Position numbers and translations under genes: made by a program | Shown here: piece by piece, positions 15,494-20,000 of the stretch | Numbering within the stretch: the first letter of the stretch is position 1 | Layout of the letters: the number at the start of each line of letters is the position of its first letter | Notes under the pieces: model-generated | The model's database searches: none | What the model was told of the DNA's origin: nothing | Seen by the model: only the letters and a program-made list of their open reading frames with translations | Source of the DNA: an uncultured Ignavibacteriales bacterium | Lineage (GTDB): Bacteria; Zixibacteria; MSB-5A5; GN15; JAAZOE01 | Length of the DNA: 20,000 bases | Direction of reading: 5' to 3' | NCBI GenBank assembly: GCA_964611355.1 | Contig: CAZSYD010000009.1 | Span: 49,731 to 69,730 of the forward strand

Positions 15494-16861
15494 ATGGATC
15501 CTTTGGAATACCTGAAAGAGAACGAAGCCAAATCTCTGGAACAATTGAAAGAATTGCTTCGGATACCGAGCGTCAGCGCCCAGTCGGCGCATAAGGAGGA
15601 TATGATCAAATGCGCCAAATGGGTCGCCGGTTATCTCAATAATCTCGGCTTCAAATCGGACATCATGGATACCGGCGGACATCCGGTAGTCTATGGCGAG
15701 TATCACAAATCGGACGACGTCCCCACTGTATTGGTATATGGTCATTATGACGTCCAGCCGCCCGATCCTCTTGATCTCTGGAAATCGGCTCCGTTCGATC
15801 CGATCGAGGAAGGCGGATACCTGATCGCCCGCGGCGCGACTGACGACAAAGGCCAGATGTTTACTCATCTCAAAGGGGTTGAATCGTATTTGAAAACGGC
15901 CGGCTCGATACCGGTCAACGTCAAATTTTTAATTGAAGGGGAAGAGGAAACCGCCTCGGAGAATCTTACCGTCTTTATCGAAAACCATAAGGATAAGCTG
16001 AAAGCCGACATCGTTCTCGTTTCCGACGGTTCACAGTACGGTCTTGACATGCCGGCCATTAATTACGGCCTGCGCGGTGTTGCCTCCATTGAAGTGAAAG
16101 TTACCGGCCCGGACCGTGATCTTCATTCCGGCTCTTACGGCGGCTCGATTGCCAATCCGATCAATATTCTCTGCAAAATGATCGGACGGCTTCATGATGA
16201 TAGCGGCCGCATCGCCATCGACGGCTTCTACGACGATACCTATACGGCGTCAGACTGGGAAAAGGAGCAGTTGGCCGAGCTACCTTTCGACAAAAACGAA
16301 TATCTTGCTTCGACCGGTTCGTTAAAACTCTGGGGCGAAAAAGGATATACTCCGCAGGAACATACATGGATACGCCCGACCCTCGACTGCAACGGTATCA
16401 CCGGCGGATACCAGGGCGAAGGAGGGAAGACGATTATCCCGTCCTGGGCTTCTGTCAAAATTACCATGCGGCTGGTGCCGAATATGAACCCTGATGATAT
16501 TTGCGACAAAGCTGAAGCGTATCTTAAGAAGATATGTCCCGATACTGTTAAGCTCGAAATTAGCAAGTATGGCGGCGCCAATCCGGTGCAGGTGCCGACC
16601 GACGGCCCGTGGCTGGAGGCTGCGGCCAGGGCGATCAAAACCGGTTTCGGCAGGGAGCCGTTTTTTACGAAGGAAGGCGGGTCGATCCCGGTGGTGGAAT
16701 CGTTTAAGTTAATCCTCGGTCTCGATACGCTTTTGATTGGCTTCGGCCAGCACAACGATAACGCCCATTCGCCCAACGAACGTTTTCTGATCAGGGATTT
16801 CCATCGCGGTTGCCGCACTTCGGCGGCATTGCTTGAAGAACTTTCAAGGGTCATGATTTAG
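15494..16861 (+). CDS. M20/M25/M40 family dipeptidase (CNDP/DapE-like)
   Basis: AGGAG SD. Motifs YGHYDVQP, ARGATDDKGQ, EGEEE, DLHSG, GGSIP, AHSPNE. Confidence 0.95.
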   Translation: MDPLEYLKENEAKSLEQLKELLRIPSVSAQSAHKEDMIKCAKWVAGYLNNLGFKSDIMDTGGHPVVYGEYHKSDDVPTVLVYGHYDVQPPDPLDLWKSAPFDPIEEGGYLIARGATDDKGQMFTHLKGVESYLKTAGSIPVNVKFLIEGEEETASENLTVFIENHKDKLKADIVLVSDGSQYGLDMPAINYGLRGVASIEVKVTGPDRDLHSGSYGGSIANPINILCKMIGRLHDDSGRIAIDGFYDDTYTASDWEKEQLAELPFDKNEYLASTGSLKLWGEKGYTPQEHTWIRPTLDCNGITGGYQGEGGKTIIPSWASVKITMRLVPNMNPDDICDKAEAYLKKICPDTVKLEISKYGGANPVQVPTDGPWLEAAARAIKTGFGREPFFTKEGGSIPVVESFKLILGLDTLLIGFGQHNDNAHSPNERFLIRDFHRGCRTSAALLEELSRVMI

Positions 16862-16864
16862 GTT

Positions 16865-17653
16865 ATGGATTTGGGCTTGAAAGATAAGACGGCCTTGGTT
16901 GGGGGAGCCTCGGCCGGTCTGGGGTTTGCCGTCGCCCGGGCCCTTTTTGAAGAGAGCGCGCGAGTGGCCATATGCTCGCGGGATAAAACGCGGATTGATC
17001 AGGCGGCCAAATCTCTTTCCAACGATACCGGCCGGGTTCTGCCGGTGGTTTGCGATCTGGCCCGCGCCGATGAAATACTTAATCTCATCGTCAAAGTGCA
17101 AGATGCCTTCAAGAATATCGATATTCTTGTCACCAACTGCGGTGGCCCGTCTCCCGGAACGCACGATTCCATCACCAATAAGGAATGGGAACATGCTTAT
17201 AATTTGACCTTTATGTCGGCCGTTCGCCTGATCCAGGGCATCGTCCCCGGCATGAAAAAGCGCAAGTGCGGGCGTATTATTATCCTCAGTTCGATTTCGG
17301 CCAAACAGCCGATTGATAATCTGCTTCTTTCAAACAGCTATCGGGCCGGGCTTCTGGGATATGCCAGAACCATATCGCGGGAACTGGCTCCGCACGGCAT
17401 TACCGTCAATACAGTCATGCCCGGTTATACCCGCACGGAACGCCTTGATGAACTGGCTGAAAGCATATCATCCCGCACGGGGCAGTCAAAAGAGGAGGTC
17501 TTTGATAACTGGATAAAGATTATCCCTGTCGGGCGGTTGGGGAAACCGGAAGATATAGGGCGGTTTGTTGCCTTTTTGGCCTCGGAACAGGCGGGATATC
17601 TGACCGGAACGGCTACGGCCATAGACGGCGGCGGCACGGTTGGAATACTGTAG
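16865..17653 (+). CDS. SDR family oxidoreductase (BKR/FabG-like atypical subgroup)
   Basis: MDLGLKDK start, GGASAGLG Rossmann motif, NCGGP, ITVNTVMPG, GRLGKPEDIG, IDGG. The catalytic YxxxK is replaced by SNSYR. Confidence 0.9.
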   Translation: MDLGLKDKTALVGGASAGLGFAVARALFEESARVAICSRDKTRIDQAAKSLSNDTGRVLPVVCDLARADEILNLIVKVQDAFKNIDILVTNCGGPSPGTHDSITNKEWEHAYNLTFMSAVRLIQGIVPGMKKRKCGRIIILSSISAKQPIDNLLLSNSYRAGLLGYARTISRELAPHGITVNTVMPGYTRTERLDELAESISSRTGQSKEEVFDNWIKIIPVGRLGKPEDIGRFVAFLASEQAGYLTGTATAIDGGGTVGIL

Positions 17654-17668
17654 GGCGGGCATTCACGG

Positions 17669-18565
17669 TTGAGCGCATCTCGATCAATTCCCTTCGGGCT
17701 GTTTCTTTCTATTGTCATACTGCACCAGATTATCATGGGCAGCAGCTTTGTCTTTGCCCGGTACGTGCTTGGATTGCTCGATCCGTTCGCTATTGCCTTT
17801 CTCCGATTCAGTATATCTTCAGTTATCTTGTGTTCATTGGCCTTATGGATCAGTTCCCGGCCGGGAACGGTTCGCATCGCATCGTGCGATAGGATAAAGA
17901 TTGCTTTTCTCGGCGTGCTTATAATCATATTCAATCAGGTAATCTACCTCTGCGGCCAGAAATATACTACCGCTTCTCACGGCGGACTGCTTTTCACGAT
18001 GACCCCCGTTTTCGTTTATATATTGGCAATGAAACGTCTGGGAGAAGCCTGGTCATATAGAAAAGGGTTGGGGATTCTTCTGGCGGTAATAGGGTCAGTT
18101 TTGATTGTCCTCGAACGTGGCCTCGATTTTAGCGACAACATGCTTCGAGGCGACGTCATCATTCTGCTTGCGGTAATTGCCTGGGCATACTATACGGTTT
18201 ACGGAAAACCGCTGGCGGAGAAATACGGCGCTTTTCGCGTCACCGCTTATGCCCTCGGCTCGGGATCGGCAATATATTTCCCTTTCGGCCTTTATCGCCT
18301 GATCGTGGCCGATATGTCGCGCATGGATGGTTACGGCTGGCTTTCGATTCTATATCTGGCCATTGGCACGTCGGTTATCGGATATTCAACATGGTACTGG
18401 TTATTAAAGCGTATGGAAGCGGGTCGGCTTTCGGTTCTAACCAATTTACAACCGATTGTAGCCGGAATCCTGGGATTTTGCTTTCTAAGCGAAGCGATTA
18501 CACTCACTTTCGTCATTTGCGGTTTAATAATCATATTCGGTGTGACCATCACGCAAAAAGCATGA
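17669..18565 (+). CDS. EamA/DMT family transporter
   Basis: About 10 TM segments in two repeats. Motifs P...AFLRF, PVFVYILA...LGE, AWAYYTVYGKPL, LQPIVAGILG...LSE. TTG start uncertain. Confidence 0.9.
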   Translation: MSASRSIPFGLFLSIVILHQIIMGSSFVFARYVLGLLDPFAIAFLRFSISSVILCSLALWISSRPGTVRIASCDRIKIAFLGVLIIIFNQVIYLCGQKYTTASHGGLLFTMTPVFVYILAMKRLGEAWSYRKGLGILLAVIGSVLIVLERGLDFSDNMLRGDVIILLAVIAWAYYTVYGKPLAEKYGAFRVTAYALGSGSAIYFPFGLYRLIVADMSRMDGYGWLSILYLAIGTSVIGYSTWYWLLKRMEAGRLSVLTNLQPIVAGILGFCFLSEAITLTFVICGLIIIFGVTITQKA

Positions 18566-18578
18566 ATATACATATAGT

Positions 18579-18604
18579 AAAAAGCCCGCCGATCAGCGGG
18601 CTTT
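18579..18604. terminator. Intrinsic terminator between convergent genes (probably bidirectional)
   Basis: AAAGCCCGC(18581-18589)-CGATCA-GCGGGCTTT(18596-18604), flanked by A/T runs. The U-tract is better on the - strand. Confidence 0.75.
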
Positions 18605-18634
18605 CAGGCTGATGATATGATCGAATAATCGTCC

Positions 18635-19765
18635 CTACTTGCCTTTCAACGCGCGAGCGGAAAATGATTTTTCCAGTTTCTTGTCGATAAATATCCCATT
18701 TTTGCGAATCAGTTTGTCGTCGAAATATATTTCACCGCCGCCGTAATCTTTTCTCTGGATCATAACCAGGTCCCAGTGGATAACTGAATTATTGCCGTTG
18801 GGAGCTTCGTCGTAGCACTGGCCCGGCGTAAGGTGGAATGAGCCGGCTATCTTTTCGTCAAAGAGGGTATCCTTCATCGGGTGGAGAATAAACGGGTTGA
18901 CGCCAATGGCGAATTCGCCGACATAACGAGCGCCTTTGTCGATGTCAAGTATTTCGTTGAGTTTTTCCGTCAGTCCCCGGCAGGAAGCATCTACAATCTT
19001 GCCGTTTCGGAAATCAAACCTGATCTTTTCGAAAGTCAATCCTTCGTGAAGCGAAGGCGTGTTGTACGTGATATATCCGTTTATTGAATCTTTTACCGGA
19101 GCGGTATAAACCTCGCCGTCTGGAATGTTGCGTGTGCCATCGCATTTAACCACCGGAATATCCTTAATTGAAAAGGATAAATCGGTGTCCGGGCCGACGA
19201 TACGAACCATGTCGGTTTTTTCCATGAGCCTGGCCAGCGGGTCCATTGCTTTTGACATCTTGGCATAATTAAGGCAGCAGACATCGTAGTAGAACTTCTC
19301 AAACGCTTCCTGGCTGGTTTCAGCAAGTTGGGCCATGGCGTTATTGGGAAAGCGAAGTACACACCATTTGGTCTTCTTCACGCGCTGCTCGAGATGAACC
19401 GGCTTATAGTACAGGGTTTGATTCAACTTCGTCTGTTTCGAGTCGATATCAGCCAGATCAAACGGGTTATCCGAACCCCGCAAACCAAGATATGCGTCAA
19501 ATTCTTTCATCAACTTCAGGTGCAATTTGCCGAATGCCTTAAATTGCTCTTTGGCGGCTCCTCTAATCCAGGGCCGCTGGAGAGATTCGTCATTATAATA
19601 CCAGAATGGAACCCCGCCCACCCGGGTAGCTTCTTTGATAACCTCTTTAACCAGTTCCAGCGTTTCCTTGCCTTTGGCCTCGATCATTATTTTTTCACCC
19701 GGCTTGAGAGTAACCGAATACCCTATCAGGTTTCTGGCCAGGATTTCATTTCTTTTATCTTTCAT
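18635..19765 (-). CDS. M29 family aminopeptidase (thermophilic metalloprotease / aminopeptidase II-like)
   Basis: Motifs NIPDGEVYTAP, VGEFAIGVN, LFDEKIAGSFHLTPG, SVIHWDLV. AGAGGA SD on the - strand. Confidence 0.95.
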   Translation of the reverse strand: MKDKRNEILARNLIGYSVTLKPGEKIMIEAKGKETLELVKEVIKEATRVGGVPFWYYNDESLQRPWIRGAAKEQFKAFGKLHLKLMKEFDAYLGLRGSDNPFDLADIDSKQTKLNQTLYYKPVHLEQRVKKTKWCVLRFPNNAMAQLAETSQEAFEKFYYDVCCLNYAKMSKAMDPLARLMEKTDMVRIVGPDTDLSFSIKDIPVVKCDGTRNIPDGEVYTAPVKDSINGYITYNTPSLHEGLTFEKIRFDFRNGKIVDASCRGLTEKLNEILDIDKGARYVGEFAIGVNPFILHPMKDTLFDEKIAGSFHLTPGQCYDEAPNGNNSVIHWDLVMIQRKDYGGGEIYFDDKLIRKNGIFIDKKLEKSFSARALKGK

Positions 19766-19795
19766 AGTTTCCTCTTTCTATCAGGGTTGGTATTA

Positions 19796-19824
19796 ATAAT
19801 AGCACAAAATACTTATGGCCGCAA
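19796..19824 (-). promoter_or_regulatory. Sigma70-like promoter with extended -10 for the aminopeptidase
   Basis: On the - strand: TTGCGG-17bp-TATTAT, with TGn immediately before the -10. Confidence 0.55.
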
Positions 19825-19919
19825 ATGATTTGTCGTATGAGGGATGGTCTGAATTATATCAAAGAGGGAAGCGGTGGGCATAGTGCCATTAATATCCTGC
19901 CGATCTTTCAAGTTATTTC

Positions 19920-19956
19920 AAAAAAAAGAGAACCGGCTGTGGGGCCGGTTCTCTTT
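19920..19956 (-). terminator. Strong intrinsic terminator for a - strand gene entering from the right
   Basis: 13-bp perfect IR AAAGAGAACCGGC(19925-19937)/GCCGGTTCTCTTT(19944-19956). The A8 run at 19920-19927 gives a U-tract on the - strand. Confidence 0.85.
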
Positions 19957-19977
19957 GAATTCTTTCAGGACTTAGAT

Positions 19978-20000
19978 CTATTTTATGATGACCAGTTTGC
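19978..20000 (-). CDS. Last codons of a - strand gene, ending ...KLVIIK* (resembles a T9SS/FlgD-type C-terminal tail)
   Basis: The reverse complement reads GC AAA CTG GTC ATC ATA AAA TAG, about 20 nt upstream of a strong terminator. Only 7 codons are visible. Confidence 0.5.

Noticed and set aside
16865..17653. SDR as a pseudogene or as true fabG
   Set aside because: The ORF is full-length and intact. The SNxxR replacement is a known subfamily trait and argues against the fabG symbol.
1087..19828. Numerous 60-200 aa antisense or alternate-frame ORFs in the ORF track (e.g. 1087-1587, 3019-3507, 6741-7214, 11594-12142, 16240-16854, 19328-19828)
   Set aside because: They lie within or largely overlap well-supported genes, lack recognisable motifs, and are expected shadow ORFs at this GC content.

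Overview
This is a bacterial chromosomal window of roughly 50% GC with one 100-N scaffold gap at 13137-13236. Gene content (FlgD/T9SS-like C-terminal sorting domains, a PorV/PorQ-family barrel, an RsbW-RsbU fusion) suggests a diderm FCB-related candidate lineage such as Zixibacteria; that assignment is inference only. The + strand carries, in order: (1) the 3' part of a giant acidic Ig-repeat surface protein with a T9SS-like C-terminal domain, translationally coupled to a PorV-family beta-barrel fused to TPRs; (2) a membrane-anchored anti-sigma kinase/HAMP/PP2C phosphatase fusion; (3) a membrane diguanylate cyclase; (4) an operon of TPR protein, stand-alone BY-kinase, PEP-CTERM-type polysaccharide deacetylase and DUF362 protein; (5) an ABC-2 exporter pair behind an ECF-type promoter; (6) a CGTC-type REP element followed by M20 dipeptidase, SDR and EamA genes. 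The - strand carries an M29 aminopeptidase and the last codons of a probable second T9SS-tailed protein. No rRNA, tRNA, CRISPR array or transposase was seen. The most interesting part is the co-located surface-protein export, partner-switching, c-di-GMP and tyrosine-kinase/EPS module, which has paired sigma70-like and sigma28-like promoter motifs.
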